Assembly (NCBI RefSeq): GCF_009914755.1
Contig: NC_060935.1
Direction: 5' to 3' (one strand)
DNA: 64,000 nt
Source: the human T2T-CHM13v2.0 reference genome, Homo sapiens
Shown here: positions 25,331 to 39,595 of the stretch, one piece after another
How the letters are laid out: each line of letters opens with the position of its first letter
How positions within the stretch are numbered: the first letter of the stretch is position 1
Position numbers and translations under genes: made by a program
Notes under the pieces: generated by a model
Seen by the model: the letters and a program-made list of their open reading frames with translations, nothing else
Database searches by the model: none
Told to the model about the DNA's origin: nothing

Positions 25331-28300
25331 CAATTAATTTGTTTATTAAAATAGTTTTTGGGGAACAGGGTTTTTGGTTACATGGATACGATCTTTAGTG
25401 GTAATTACTGAGGTTCTGGTTCACCCATCACCCAAGCAGTGTACACTTTACCCAATGTGTAGTCTTTTATCCCTTGAACCGCTCCCTCCTTCATCCTGCA
25501 TCCCCAAAGTCCATTGTATTATTCTTAGGCCTTTCTGTCCTCACAGCTTAGCTCCCACTTATCAGTGAGAACATACGATATTTGGTTTTCCATTCCTGAG
25601 TTACTTCACTTAGAATAATGGTCTCCAACTCCATGTAGGTTGCTGCAAATGCCATTTCTTCATTCCTTTTTATGGCTGAGTATTATTCCATGCTGTATAT
25701 ATACCACATTTTCTTTATTCACACATTGGTTGATGGGCATTTAGGCTGGTTCCATATTTTTGCAATTGTGAATTGTGCTGCTCTAAACATGTGTGCGCAG
25801 GTGTCTTTTTCATAAAGTGACTTCTTTTCCTCCGGGTAGATACCCTGTAGTGGGATTGCTGGGTCAAATGGTAGTTCTCTACTTTTAGTTCTTTAAGGAA
25901 TCTCCATACTGTTTTCTATAGTGGTTGTAATAGTTTGTATTCTCACCAGCAGTGTAAAAGTGTTCCTTCTCACCACATCCATGCCAACATCTTTATTGTT
26001 TTTTTACTTTTTAATTATGGCCATTCTTGCAGGAGTGAGGTAGCTCATTGTGGTTTTAATTTGCATTTCCCTGATAATTAGTGATGTTGAGAATTTTTTT
26101 GTATATTCGTTGGCCATTTGTATATCTTATTTTGAGAATTGTCCATTCATGTCCTTAGCCCACTTTTTAAAGGATTATTTGTTTTTTCTTGCTGACTTAT
26201 TTGAGTTCCTTGAAGAGTCTGGATAGTAGTCCTTTGTTGTCCATAGTTAGTGAATATTTTCTCCTGTTCTGTGGGTTGTCTGTTTGCTGATTATTTCTTT
26301 TGCTGTGCAGAAGCTTTTTAGTTTAATTAAGTCCTATCTATTTATGTTTGTTATTGTTGCATTTGCTTTTGCGCTCTTGGTAATTAACTCTTTGCCTAAG
26401 CCAACAACTAGAAGAGTTTTACTGATGTTATCTTCTAGAATTTTTAGGTTTCAAGTCTTAGCTTTAAGTCTTTGATCCATCTTGAGTTGATTTTTGTATA
26501 AGGTGAGAGATAAGGATCCAGTTTTATTCTTCTCCACATGGCCTGCCAGTTATCCCAGCACCATTCGTTGAATAGGGTGTCGTTTCCCCAGTTTATGTTT
26601 TTGTTTGCTTTGTAGAAGATCACTTGACTATAAGTATTTGGTGTTATTTCTGCTTTCTCTATTCTGTTCCATTGGTCTACATGCCTATTTTTATACTAGT
26701 ATCACGCTGTTTTGATAACTATAGCCTTGTAGCATAGTTTGAAGTTGGGTAGTGTGATGCCTCCAGATTTGTTCTTTTTGCTTAGTATTGCTTTGACTAT
26801 GTGGGGTCTTTTTCGGTTCTATATGAATTTTAGGATTGCTTTTTCTAGCTCTGTGAAGAATGATGATGGTCCTTCGATGGGAATCACATTGAATCTGTAG
26901 ATTACTTTTGGCAGTATGTGATTTTCACAATATTGATTCTACTCATCCATGAGCATAGGATGTGTCTCCATTTGTTTGTGTCATCTATAATTTCTTTCAG
27001 CAATGTTTTGTAGTTTTTCTTGTAGAGGTCTTTCACCTCCTTGGGGCTAGGTGGTATATTTGTAAGGTTTTTTTTGTTTTGTTTTGTTTTTTTTGAGGCA
27101 GAGTCTTGCACTGTCTCCCAGGCTGGAGTGCAGTGGCATGATCTCCGCTCACTGCAACCTCTGCTCCCAGGTTCAAGCGATTCTCCTGCCTCAGCCTCCT
27201 GAGTAGCTGGGATTACAGACACATGCCACCATGCCCTGATAATTTTTTTTTTTTTTTTTTTTTTTTTTGGATTTTTAGTAGAGATGGGGTTTTGCCATAT
27301 TGGTCAGGCTGGTCTTGAACTCCTGACCTCGGGTGATCCGCCTGCCTCAGCCTCCCAAAGTGGTGGGATTACAGGCGTGACCCACCGTGCCCGGCCTTTT
27401 TGTTGTTGTTGTTGTTGTTGTTGTTGTTGCAGCTGTTGTAAAGGGGATTGAGTTCTTGATTTGTTTCTCAGCTTGGGCATTGTTGATATGTACCAGTGCT
27501 ACTGATTTGTGTACATTGTATCTTTAAACTTGACTGAACTCATTTATCAGATCTAGGAGCTTTTTGGATGAGTTTTTAAGGTTTTCTAGGTATACAATTG
27601 GCAAACAGCAACAATTTGACTTCCTCTTTACTGATTTGGATGCCCTTTATTTCTTTCTCTTGTTTGATTGGTCTAGCTAGGACTTCCGGCACTATGTTGA
27701 ATAGAAGTGGTAAAACTGGGCATTCTTGTCGTGTTCCAGTTCTCAAGGGGAATGCTTTCAACATTTCCCTTTTGAGTGTAATGTTGGGTATGGGTTTGTC
27801 ATAGATTGATTTTTTATTACCTTGAGGTATGTTCCTTCTATGTAAATTTTGCTGAAGGTTTTAATCATAAAGTCACACTGAATTTTGTCAGATAATTTTT
27901 CTGCATCTATTGAGATGATCCTATGATTTTTGCTTTTAATTCTGTTTATGTGATATATCACATTTATTGACTTGTGTATGTTAAACCATCCCTACATCCT
28001 TGGTATGAAACCCACTTGATAATGGTGTATTATCTTTTTGATATGCTGTTGGATTCTGTTAGCTAGTATTTTGTTGAAGATGTATGCTAGTATTTTATTG
28101 AAGATGTATGCATCTATGTTCACCAGGGATATTGTTCTGCAGTTTTGTTTTTTTGTTATGTCCTTTACTGGTTTTGGAATTAGGGTAATACTGGCTTCAT
28201 AAAATAATTTAGGGAGGATTCCCTCTTTGTCTTTTGGAATAGTTTCAGTGAGATTGGTACCAATTCTTCTTTCAATGTCTAATAGAAGTCAGCTGTGAAT

Positions 28301-31300
28301 CCATCTGGTCCTGGACTTTTTTTGTTGGCAATTTTAAAATTACTGTTTCAATCTCACTAATTGTTATTGGTTTGTTCTATTTCATCCTGATTTAATCTGA
28401 GAGGGGTGTATATTTCCAGGAACTTATCCATCTCCTCTAGATTTTTTAGTTTGTGTGCATTAGGTGTTCACAGTAACCTTGAATGATCTTTTGTATTTCT
28501 GTGGTATCGTCGTAATATTTCTTGTTTCATTTCTAATTGAGCTTATTTGGACCTCCTCTCTTCTTTCTTGGTTAATATCACTAATGTTCTATCAATTTTG
28601 TTTATCTTTTCAAGAACCAGCATTTTATTTTATTTATCTTTTGTATTGATTTCTTTGTTTCAATTTCATTTAGTTCTGCTCTGATCTTTGTTATTTCTTT
28701 TCTGCTGCTGCATTTTGGCTTGGTTTTCTCCTTGTTTCTCTAGTTCCTTGAAGTGTGATCTTAGATCATCTATTTGTGCTCTTTCAGACTTTTTGATGTA
28801 GGCATTTAATGCTGTGAACGTTACTCTTAGCATTGCTTTTGCTGTATCCTAGAGATTCTGTTACGTTGTGTCACCATTATCATTCAACTCAAAAAAAATT
28901 TAAATTTCCATCTTGATTTCTTTGTTGACCCAAAGATAATTCAAGAGCAGATTATTTAATTTCTATGTATTTGTATAGTTTTGGGGGTTCCTTTGGAGTT
29001 GACTTCCAGTTTTATTCCACTGGGGTCTGAGAGGATACTTGATATAATTTCAATTTTTAAAAATGTATTGAAACTTGTTTTGTGGCCTATCATATGGTCT
29101 ATTTTAGACAATGTTTCATGTATTGAAGAAAAGAATGTATATTATACAGTTGTTGGGTAGAATGCTCTGTAAATATCTGTTAAGTCCATTTGTTCTAGGG
29201 TATAGTTTAAGTCTATTTTTTCTTTGTTGACTTTCCATCTTGATAATCTGTCTAGTGCTGTTAGTGGGGTATTGAAGTTTCCCACTATTATTAAGTTGCC
29301 ATCTACCTTATTTCTTAGGTCTAGTAGTAATTGTTTTGTAAATTTGGGAGCTCCAGTATTAGGTGCATATGTATTTTCCTGTTTGATCCTTCATCTTTAT
29401 ATAATGTTCCTCTTTGTTTTAATTGTTATTGCTTTAAAGTCTGTTTTGTCTGACATAATAATAGCTACTCCTGCTCACTTTTGGTGTCCATTTGCACAGA
29501 ATATCTTTATCTGCTCCATTCCCTTAAGTCTTTATGTGTTAGGTGAGTCTCTTGAAGACAGCAGATACTTGTTTGGTGGACTTCTATCCATTCTGCCATT
29601 CTGCATCTTTTTAAGTGGGGCATTTATGCCATTTACATTCAACGCTAATATTGAGATGTGAGGTACTGTTCTATTCATCATGCTAGTTGGTGCCTTTATA
29701 CCTTGTTCTTTTTCCCCCACTGTGTTATTCTTTTACAAGTCCTGTGAAATGTATGCTTTAAGGAGTTTCTTTTTTTGTATATTTTGAAGTTTTGTTTCAA
29801 GATTTAGAACTCCTTTTACCATTTCTTGTAATGCTGGCTTGGTAGTGGTGAATTCTCTCAGCGTTTGTTTGTGTTAAAAATGTTTTATTTCTCCTTCATT
29901 TATGAAACTAGCTTTGCTAGATACAAATTCCTTGTGTGACAATTTTTTTTTTTTTTTTTTTTTTTAGTTTCAGGAAACTGAAGATGAGACCCCAATCCCT
30001 TCTTGCTTGTAAGGTTTCTGCTGAGACGTCTGCTATTAATCTGATAGATTTTCCTTTATAGGTTAACTGATACTTTTGTCTCACACCTCTTAAGATTCTT
30101 TCCTTTGTCCTGACATTAGATAAACTAATGACTGCATGCCTATGTGATGGTCTTTTTGTGATGAATTTTCCAGGTGTTCTTTGAGCTTATCACATTTGGA
30201 TGTCTAGATCTCTAGTAAGACCAGGGAAGTTTTCCTCTATTATTCTCTCAAATAAGTTTTCCAAACTTTCAGATTTTTCTTCTTCTTCAGGAACACCAAT
30301 TATCCTTATGTTTGCCCATTTAACAGAATCCCACATTTCTTGGAGGCTTTGTTCATGTTTTTATTCTTTTTTCTTTGTCTTTGTCTTAGTGGGTTAATTT
30401 GAAAGCCTTGCCTTTTAGCTCTGAAGCTCCTTCTTCTACTTGTTCTAGTCTATTGTTGAATGTTTCCACTGAATTTTGTATTTCTCTAAGTATGCCTTTC
30501 ATTTCTAGAAGTTGTGATTGTTTTTCCTTTATGATATCTATTTATCTGAGGAATTTTTCACCCATATCCTATACTGTTTTTTAATTTCTTTAAGTTGGTT
30601 TTCACCTTTCTCTGGTATTTCTTTGAGTAGCTTAATAATCAACCTTTCAAATTCTTTATCTAGCAATTCAGAGACTTCTTCTGGGTTTGGCTCCATTGCT
30701 AGGGAACTGGTGTGATTTTGAGGAGTGTTGTAGAGCCCTGTTTTGTCATATTACCAGAATTATTTTACTTTTCTTTTTTTGTTTTTTCATTTGAGTGGAC
30801 GAATTCAGTGGAGAGGTCTGAAACTCAAGGCCTGCTGTTCAGATTCTCTTGTGCCAGAGGATGATCCCCTGATATAATGCTCTCCCACTTTCCCCAGAGA
30901 TGGGACTTCCTGAGAGCTGGACTGCAGTAATTGTTATGGCTCTTTTGGTTCTAGCCACCCAGCAGAGCTACCATGCTCCAGGCTGGTGGTAGAGGGGGTC
31001 TGCAAAAGTCCTGTGATGTAATCGGTCTTCAAATCTTCCAGCCATGGATACCAGCACCTACTCTGTTAGATGTGACAGGGAAGTGAAGTAGACTCTATGA
31101 GGGTCCTTGGTTGTGGATATGTTTAGTGTGCTAGCTTTCTTGAATGCTGGTTATACTAGCAGTGAAGTTGTCACATAGACACCCTTACGACTTCTGGTTA
31201 GCCAAGATGTTGTGGGCATTGGAATTAGGTGTTGTCTTCTTCTTTCTGAGATCAGAGTTATTCTGTCCTGAATTGCTATAATGGAGTTGGTTGGCCTCCA

Positions 31301-32313
31301 GCCAAGAGGTGGTACTTTCAAGAGAGAATTAGCTGCGGTAGTAGTAGGGGGCTCTAAGCTTGCCCTAAGATGGCCAGGGTAAGTATTTTGGTTTCTCAGG
31401 CAAAGGGATGGGCCATAAAACTCCCAAGAGATTGTCTTTTGTGTTAGGCTACCAGGGTGGGTAGATAAATATTATCAGGTGGGGGAGGCTTACGCAAGTC
31501 TTGGCTCAGACTCTCCTTGGGTGGGGCTTGCTGCAGCCACAGTGGAGAATGGGGGAATGGTCCTCAGGTCAATGGGGTTATGTTCCAGAGGGGATCTTGG
31601 CCACCTCTGCTGTGTTATATGGTTCATCAGGGAAGTGGGGGATAGCGAGAGGTCTCACCCAGCTCCCATACAGTTGGCGAGACCAGTCTCACTCCCGCAG
31701 TGCTCTGCTCAGGCCTTGCCCCAGGCCATGAGCTACTCTTCTGAGAAAGCTCCTATCTACAGATGCTCCCACATCCCCCAGACTTCACTCAAGAAAATTT
31801 GTACCCAGTCAAAACCACTGCCAATTTCAGGTGAGAGCTTCCTTTGCCCCAAGACCCTTTCCCAATTCCACTGGTTGCCTGCCCCGAGGTCCCCTGTGAG
31901 ATATAGTGAAGGGATGGCTTCCTGGGGCTCAAGTTGGAGGCTGGGAGTATGTTCAAGGTACTTCCTGTGCTACTTGTACTTTCAAATTTCTTGCGACTCC
32001 CTAAACCCATTTCATCTCTAGGTAAGGTAAAATCCTTCTTTGGTGATCTGGATTTTCAGATTGCCAAGTGGAGATGTGTGTTCAGAGGTAGGTTTTTCCC
32101 CCTTTCACATTTTGGGCACTCACAGTTTTTCACCTGTTTAACAGAATTTGCTTCTTTCAAAGGATTGGTGAATTCCTTCAGTTTTCCTGGTATGTTTCTG
32201 CAGTGGTTCTTGGAACAAAAGATCATGGTGTGAGTCTCCAAATGCTGTTCTGTCCATACATGTGGGAGCTACATGTTAGCTTTGTCTCCTATCCGCCATC
32301 TTCCCCAGAATCT
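25331..32313 (-). mobile_element. Full-length old primate LINE-1 (L1PB-like), ORF1/ORF2 disrupted, interrupted by an Alu
   Basis: L1PB-type 3' end (atagtttttggggaacagg...cacccatcacccaagcagtgtacac). Minus-strand ORF2 fragments in the ORF track ([34 protein letters not shown]). 5' end reads ...ggaagatggcggatagg on the minus strand near 32300. Degenerate TSD cttgataatgtttta (25316) / cttgatattttaa (32314). Confidence 0.92.
27068..27396 (-). mobile_element. AluS (Sx-like) inserted into L1 ORF2, with expanded central poly(A) linker
   Basis: Full dimer ending ...cccaccgtgcccggcc. Long T run at about 27243-27268 at the linker. L1 sequence resumes after (TTG)n. Confidence 0.93.
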
Positions 32314-32807
32314 CTTGATATTTTAAGCTGGATTGATCTGACTTTAAATGTTTATCTCAAATATTATGATATAGTTACTATAAGACTATCCTCTCAAAAT
32401 TTTTATTTTCTCATATAATAAATTTACTTCAATAACAAATACATGTTTATTATCACACAGGTTCAAGATGATATACAGGAATTCAGAATTGCAAAAAATG
32501 TGATCTTAGTCCCTAAGAATCTCACAGTCTGGTTAGAGAAGCATATACACTGGCCAAAAATGAAATGCAGAGGAATGCATTATCTGTCTCCTCAACCCAT
32601 GCCTCTCCCATCTAATTTATCCTCTATAGTAGAGATTTTCTGCAGAGGCCTGGATAATAAATATTTTCACCTGTGGAGGCCATATTGTCTCTGTTATACC
32701 TACATTCATGGAAGATAGCACTTGTAGACATTTTCTTATATAAATATTTCTAAAACTAAGAGCAACATCTCAATTTGAAGATTTCAGGAGTAATGTAAAA
32801 GACTTCA

Positions 32808-33127
<320 letters not shown>

Positions 33128-33164
33128 CTATCCTATCACAAAATGCTATGGACTAAAAGGGTAA

Positions 33165-33380
33165 ACAAGTGGTTTTTAAACTTCAGTTTTAGTGGATTGC
33201 AAAAACAAGTCATTGGATCGTAGCCGCACTTTATAAATGATATAGAATAGAGTACAATAGAGTAGAAAATATCAGAATGCATTATACATACTAAGAATAC
33301 ATTTTATGTTTCTGTTTATATGTGCATATAAAGGTCTTTAATAAAAATTTTATTTCATATTCTTCTAAAGTTAGCAATGC
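33165..33380. mobile_element. hAT-Charlie-type relic
   Basis: agtggtttttaaact...atagaatagagtacaatagagtagaaaatatcagaatgcattatacata. Confidence 0.45.
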
Positions 33381-33639
33381 ATAGTCTTAAACTGACTAAC
33401 TCAAATAATAGACAGGGCAAAAGTCTGTATGCAGATATGTAGGTGGTAAATGATTGTGCCTTAAGGTAACCAACAAATCCAAGAGGTAGCAGGGAGATGA
33501 GAAGGTGAAGGGGATGGTTCACAGATTCTAAAATGCTCCTGCTTCTCTGAATGGCTTACTGCATTCTTTTTAAATATTCAGCCTCTCACCTCAGTGTGAG
33601 TTATAAACACCTTTTCATTTTCTTCTATTAAGTACCTTT

Positions 33640-33966
33640 CCTCAGGACAAAACTTTGACCTGAAATGTCTCTTTTCCTGTACTTCACCTGGCAAAAAGCC
33701 CATTCATTCTTCCAGGCCCATCTCAAATGCTAGCTGTTTTGCGCAGCTTTGCATCAGTCCACCGGGCATAGTTAATCATTTTCTCCTCTTTGTTCTTTCA
33801 ACACTGTGTTCGTGCTACTGCAGTAGCATTTATCACATTTTATTATGCTTGGTTTTATATGCCTTTCTCTCTGCTATTCCACTATGAGATTCTTGGGGAT
33901 GGGGACAATTTTCATGACTAGTTGTAGACTTCCCAACACCCAGTACATTATCTGCGCATAGTAGGT
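33640..33966 (+). mobile_element. L2 3' fragment
   Basis: cattcattcttccaggcccatctcaaatgc...ctatgagattcttgggg...gcacatagtagg-like end. Confidence 0.6.
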
Positions 33967-33984
33967 GGTAGAGCCCTAAACGGA

Positions 33985-34200
33985 GAAAGCTTAGTGATGT
34001 GGTTAAGACTCTGGGCTTGAAACCCAGGATGCCACTGTGCAGTGGTGCAAACTTCGATAACTTATTTAGCTTATCTAAGCCAGCTTTCTCATCTGGCAGT
34101 GAGTATAATATGATTAATCGACAGTGTTACTGTAAGGATGAAATGGAATTATGATATCAGGCTTTACTGCAGTGCCTGGCATTTGATAAGTTTTCAACAA
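33985..34200 (+). mobile_element. MIR SINE
   Basis: gtggttaaga...ctctgg...cagctttctcatctg...gcagtgcctggca. Confidence 0.65.
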
Positions 34201-34580
34201 ACAGAATTTACCATTAGTATTGCTGTCATTATTATTATGATTACTGTTGAAAGGACAGTGGAAATGGCTACTGGAACTGCTGATACAAACGTATATAGTA
34301 ACTGATAGTGTCAAAAGTGATTTTTGAAGTAAATAATTAAATTTTGTAATATACTCTGTGCTTTAGAAGAGAATGATAATATGAAAAGCAAGTATCGTAG
34401 ACTTCTGGATGTTTGTTTTTATATTCAACTGGCCATGTTACTGATTTTTACTCTTATCTTTCCTCGATATTTTAAACTATTTTGGGGGAGAGGTTGAGGG
34501 GGGAGGAATGGAAAACAGGATTAAAATAATACAATTTTGCTCCTGAAGACACTTCATCAACTTAATTGTGTAAAGTTGGG

Positions 34581-34746
34581 GCAGAATTTCTCAACATCAC
34601 CACTATTGACATTTTGGGCCAGATCATTCTTTGTCATATAGGGCTGTCCTGTGCATTGTAGGATGTTTAAACATTCATGGTCTCGACTCACCAAGTAATA
34701 GGACCACATTGTTCCTCCCTTCATCTTGTGACAACCAAAAATGTTT
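34581..34746 (+). mobile_element. MER20 partial copy
   Basis: tttctcaacatcaccactattgacattttgggccagatcattctttgtc...gggctgtcctgtgcattgtaggatgttta...gtgacaaccaaaaatgt. Confidence 0.8.
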
Positions 34747-35937
34747 GAGGGGCGTTTGATAAATATGCTCTGAACAAGGTGAGGAATGAAACCAAAAAGC
34801 AAATGTAAAGGTGATGATATCACCTTTATTATTTACAGAGCTGGGTTGGAGAAATGAGTTTCTGTTTGTAAACTGAGCTGGCTTGATAAAAATGAACACA
34901 GAAGAAGGCCGACTTATCCGCTGAGTTCCAGAGAGGAAAGTGTCATTAAAGAAGTAAGGAAAACTGATAATGTCTGAAGTCAGCTCATTCTCAAGAAAGA
35001 AGAATGGCAGGCATGGTCCTTTGCTGAACATGACCAGATTTTAATGATTTCCTTCCCATTTTGGATTTTAGGCAGACATGGTCAAATTAATTATAACCTT
35101 TGGTTCCTGACACCTTGTAATCACTGTCTATAGGGGCCAGCTTTTATTTATTTAAACAGTTATTTTTAATAATATAATTCATACCTACTAACATGCTACC
35201 CAAAATAAAGCTGGAAATGCAACAATTGTCGCATCGAAGCACATAGAGCTTCCCAAACCATCCTTCTGCCTCTTCCACTTGAGCAGCATCATCCTGATAT
35301 TTATCTTTCTCAAATTTACCAACAAAATAAATCCCTCCACCTCCATGGGGTAGAATGAGCAAAGTCAGCAGGCAGAGGTCAGAAATTAGCTTCAGGAAAA
35401 TGCTGCCTCAAGGAAAATTCTTCCTCAAGGAAACTAGGAAGGAAGAAAAGGTTTACCTTCTAACAGATGGTGTTGAAATTTGTATGTTTACTTACTGTTT
35501 CAGGATTTCAGGGTGTCCCTAGGAACTAAATATATGTCAATAAACTTTAAGAAGATTATGAGAAGTGTTTAGAAAGTGAAGGGCTATTACTTTTTATTAG
35601 TGTAGAACTGCTTTTGTTGAATTGAGTACATGGTGATGGTACTGGACATCCACAAACCTGGCATCTGCAAACCCACCTTCTCATTTTGTTCCCCTTAATA
35701 CCCACATTTTATTTTACATGCTGAGAATATTTTATATTTTAATATAAAAAAAGTACTCTTTCTGTGGATTGAACCTCTCTCAAATATGAATTTTGTGATT
35801 TTATTTTCTTGCACAATGAAAAGAGTTCTTTCAATATTAGAAGCATACCATTTTACAGTTGATCCAATCTAACATCTCCTCCAGTGCAGCAAGTTAATAA
35901 CAAATGGCACTATAATGACAGATTCAGGTTTATCTTA

Positions 35938-35939
<2 letters not shown>

Positions 35940-35976
<37 letters not shown>
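35940..35976. repeat. (CA)n microsatellite
   Basis: Read directly from the sequence. Confidence 0.95.
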
Positions 35977-35979
<3 letters not shown>

Positions 35980-36269
35980 TATTTTTGCCACACTTCAGAA
36001 TCTGGGTAGCAGTTGAAGAAGAACCAACATATGAAGTCACATATCCATGGTACCTGAGTTTCTCTGAGTTTTCAAAGGAGCTATGATTCTAAGTTGCATT
36101 CTAAGTTAAGGAAGGAGTGACGAGGAGTCCTCACTAAAGAATAAGCTCCGTGGCACAGGGATCTTTGCCGTCTTACTGCAGCATCTTTAGAATCTAGAAC
36201 ATAAACTGGTTCATAACTGTACCGTTATCTGGAAAAGCAGAGTCCTGGTGATAAATAACAACAATCACA

Positions 36270-36470
36270 TCCAGTTCGTGAGCACATTCCATTGGCTGTG
36301 CCTTATGCTGTGTGGGTCTACATTGGTAACTTAATTTAATCCCCCCAGCATGAGTGTTATTATTATCCTCAGCTGCTTTTTTTCTTGAGAAAACTGAGGC
36401 ACAGAGGAGTGGAATGATTTGCTGTAGTTCATACAGTTAATAAATATAGAGCCAGAATTAGGACCATATA
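36270..36470 (-). mobile_element. MIR SINE
   Basis: tgagaaaactgaggcacagagga...catacagttaataaat...gagccagaatt. Confidence 0.65.
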
Positions 36471-39400
36471 ATTTCTGCCAGCCCATCTCCTCACAAACTG
36501 GAAAGGCAATGTAGCGGTGACCCAGCTCCTTGTTTTGCTTCTGCCATCAACTAAATAATGCTGTGCAAATTACCAGTCCTCTGCATATCAGAGTCCTTTT
36601 CATTGAAATGCTGAGTTCATAGTCAATCAAGAAGAGCCTGTCCATATATGAATAATCCGTGCACAATCTTTAGACTAAGATACATCAGTATTTCTGATAT
36701 TTTATTACATATTCAAAGAAAGCTTGAATTGATCTTAATTTCCACAAAGTATTTTATGTTTTTGATGACATATCCCTTCTTTATTTGCTTTGTGTTGAAA
36801 TTACTTTGGTATATTGTCTAAGGTTCAACTAGGGAATGATTTCTTGGTTATTTCAGATAAAGATCATTAAAAATAATGTGTGCCTAGATTGGGAGAAATG
36901 TGACTAGTCTCAGGCAAAAATAGAAATTAGATAATAGGTACATGAACTTGAATAGCTCTTCATCCCTATCCTTTAATGCGACATGTGCAATTTAGGCATT
37001 GGTTTTTTTTTTTTTTTCTTTTAACTTTTAGTCAGTTCCCTTAGCCCTTATGGAACTATTTTAAAAATAAAATAAACCTGCCTTTGTGAACACCGGATTG
37101 TAGATTAACCCACACTGTAACAAACAAGGAAGGGGTAAGATTTCGAAGGCAAAGATGTCTTCACTTGAATCTTGTCTCTGCTACTTTCTACCTATGCAGC
37201 CTTAGGGCACTTGATTTCAGAGCCTCCAGTTCACCATTTCTGTAATAAGAACAATATACCTATCAGATACCTCCATGAAAAGAATGAAAACTACCCTTGT
37301 TAGGAAACAAATCAAGCATAAATGAAAAGGTATGTCTTAAGCCCATCTTGGTGAAGGTGAACACCTTGTATGATGATGATTACATTGTATTCTAGTATCA
37401 GGTTTATATTGTCTGGATATTAGACAATTTGTTCCTGGTCCGTGTCCGTGTTTCACAGTCATAACAATTCTGTTATCAGCTAATTTTATTTAACAGGATA
37501 TTTATATAACACTATGTGCCGAACACCATTTTAAGTTCTTTGTAAATGTTAACTTATTTAATCATCGTACTACTCTGTTTATTCTAATATCTGCACATCC
37601 TTAGAACATCACAGACATCTCGTGCTCTCCTCATAAAACCCTCCACTGTATCATCATTTCTACTTAAAGACTGAGTAAATCAAACGCATATACCTACGAT
37701 GAAACAGCATCAAGTCTCCTAACCAGGTCTGCAAAACTTAGATGAAGTGCAGTTTCAACTCTGCACTAAAGAAACCCAAGCTGAACCTTCTCTTTTCAAG
37801 CCCTGCCTTCTTTTGGTGCTACTTAAAACTTTTTCTTACTGGCTTTCCATCTGTTATTTTTAGCTTGCAAAAACACTTTACTGTTCTTTGAAATGTCAGT
37901 CACCACAGCCCACAAGGTATAATTTTTGGGACAAGAGATTTTACCTCCATCTCTACATGTGTATTTTATATATTTCGTTTTCTGTGATGAACTTACCATG
38001 GTCGGTACTATTTTTTTTTTTTTTTTTTTGCATAGGCGAAGTGTTCTAAGATGCTAGAAACAGGAGATGATGTTTGAATTCTAAGGTACACACTATCCTT
38101 TGGCAGAGGCAGAGGAAGTTGAAATTAATTGCTGAAGCTATGAAATGTTAAATCATTCAAGGGATATTAAATAATGTGGAAAACAACAATATTGTGAGGG
38201 GTTCTACGTATTTGGAATAGTGTTCAGCTTTCTGAACACATCATGTGGCTTTTGAAGTTACACTCATATTAATTTTGAGTGAGCATGGCAAAATATAACC
38301 ATGACATTTTTCTAGGGTGACTTTTTCAAACTACAATTAAAATTTAAAACATTTGCTCACCTATCTTTCTTGTGAATAAAATAAACTCAGGGTTAACAGT
38401 TGCAATATCTTCATTAATGAGAAATTTTGCACGTTTAGTACTCTAAATTCTTGGTTATCCAGCAAGGTTTGATATTAAATTAACTGGATGGAAGAGTTGC
38501 AGAATTGTTAGAATGAGAGTTTTACTATCAGAACAACCTGTAAAATGTAGATTAATTCATCTAACAAATCAGTTTTGAGCATCTGCTATGTGAATACATA
38601 CTGAGGCTACAATACAGTGGTGAGTAAAAACAATTATGCTACTTATTCTTATGGGTCTTACAGTTCAGTTGATAAAGCAGGGGATGGTAATAAATTATAT
38701 GTAAATTTACAATTGTATTTACTATTGCAATGGAGAGGTTCATGGAGCTATTTTATGCTATGCAAGTATGTACTAACGGGAACTAACCTGGTCTGGGAAG
38801 GCTGACAGCATAGCACTGGGAAGGAGTAAGAATAGCTTTGCAATGCTTATCAAGAAAACCTAAAAATCCATACCCTTGGGACCAGCATTTCCACATTGAG
38901 GCATTTTTCATAAAGGAATAGTTCAGGTTGTGCTAAGCATTTTAGCTATTAAGACAAGGCATTGTTTTTATTACCAAAATATTGGAAACAGCTTATATAT
39001 TCAAATGTAAATGATTAGTTACATTTATATTATAAATATTAAGCTATATGGACTATCAGAAATCTTTTTTAAAGAACATAAAAGTTTTTATTGTCATAAG
39101 AGATGTATAGTGGAAAAGATTAGGTTACAAAATAGTGAACATTAGAAAGGCCTTTACCTTCATCCTGACCCTACCCTTCCTAGTTACTCAATTTATTCTA
39201 TTTGATTTCAAATGTATAAATGAGAGTAAAAGTTATAGCGGTTACTACTAGCTACCATTTAGCGCATGCCAGCCCTATGCTAAACATTTTACATCTGTTA
39301 TTTCAGTTGATTTCATATAAACCAGTGAAATAGGTATTATTACATTTATTTCTTTTTCTGTATGGAATTTTTAAATGTATCAATACAGATGTGTATTCCC

Positions 39401-39499
39401 TATGCAACAAAGAAAGAATTGCTTCAGTGCTCCTGCTGTTTACCGTGAATTTATCTATTGCATTTTATCTAAGATAAATACTTTGTTCTCTTGCAACAG

Positions 39500-39595
39500 C
39501 TTTCTGTGAAGAGGGCTGCAGATACGGTGGAACGTGTGTGGCTCCCAACAAATGTGTCTGTCCATCTGGATTCACAGGAAGCCACTGCGAGAAAG
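39500..39595 (+). CDS. NELL1: Internal coding exon of NELL1 encoding one EGF-like domain: (A)[31 protein letters not shown](D)
   Basis: Acceptor ctttgttctcttgcaacAG (ends 39499) and donor AAG|GTAATC (GT at 39596). The exon is 96 nt, phase 1-1, with no stops. It has six cysteines in EGF spacing with a CxCxxGFTGxxC motif. The peptide matches my recollection of the NELL1 EGF repeat that precedes DIDEC. Confidence 0.96.
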
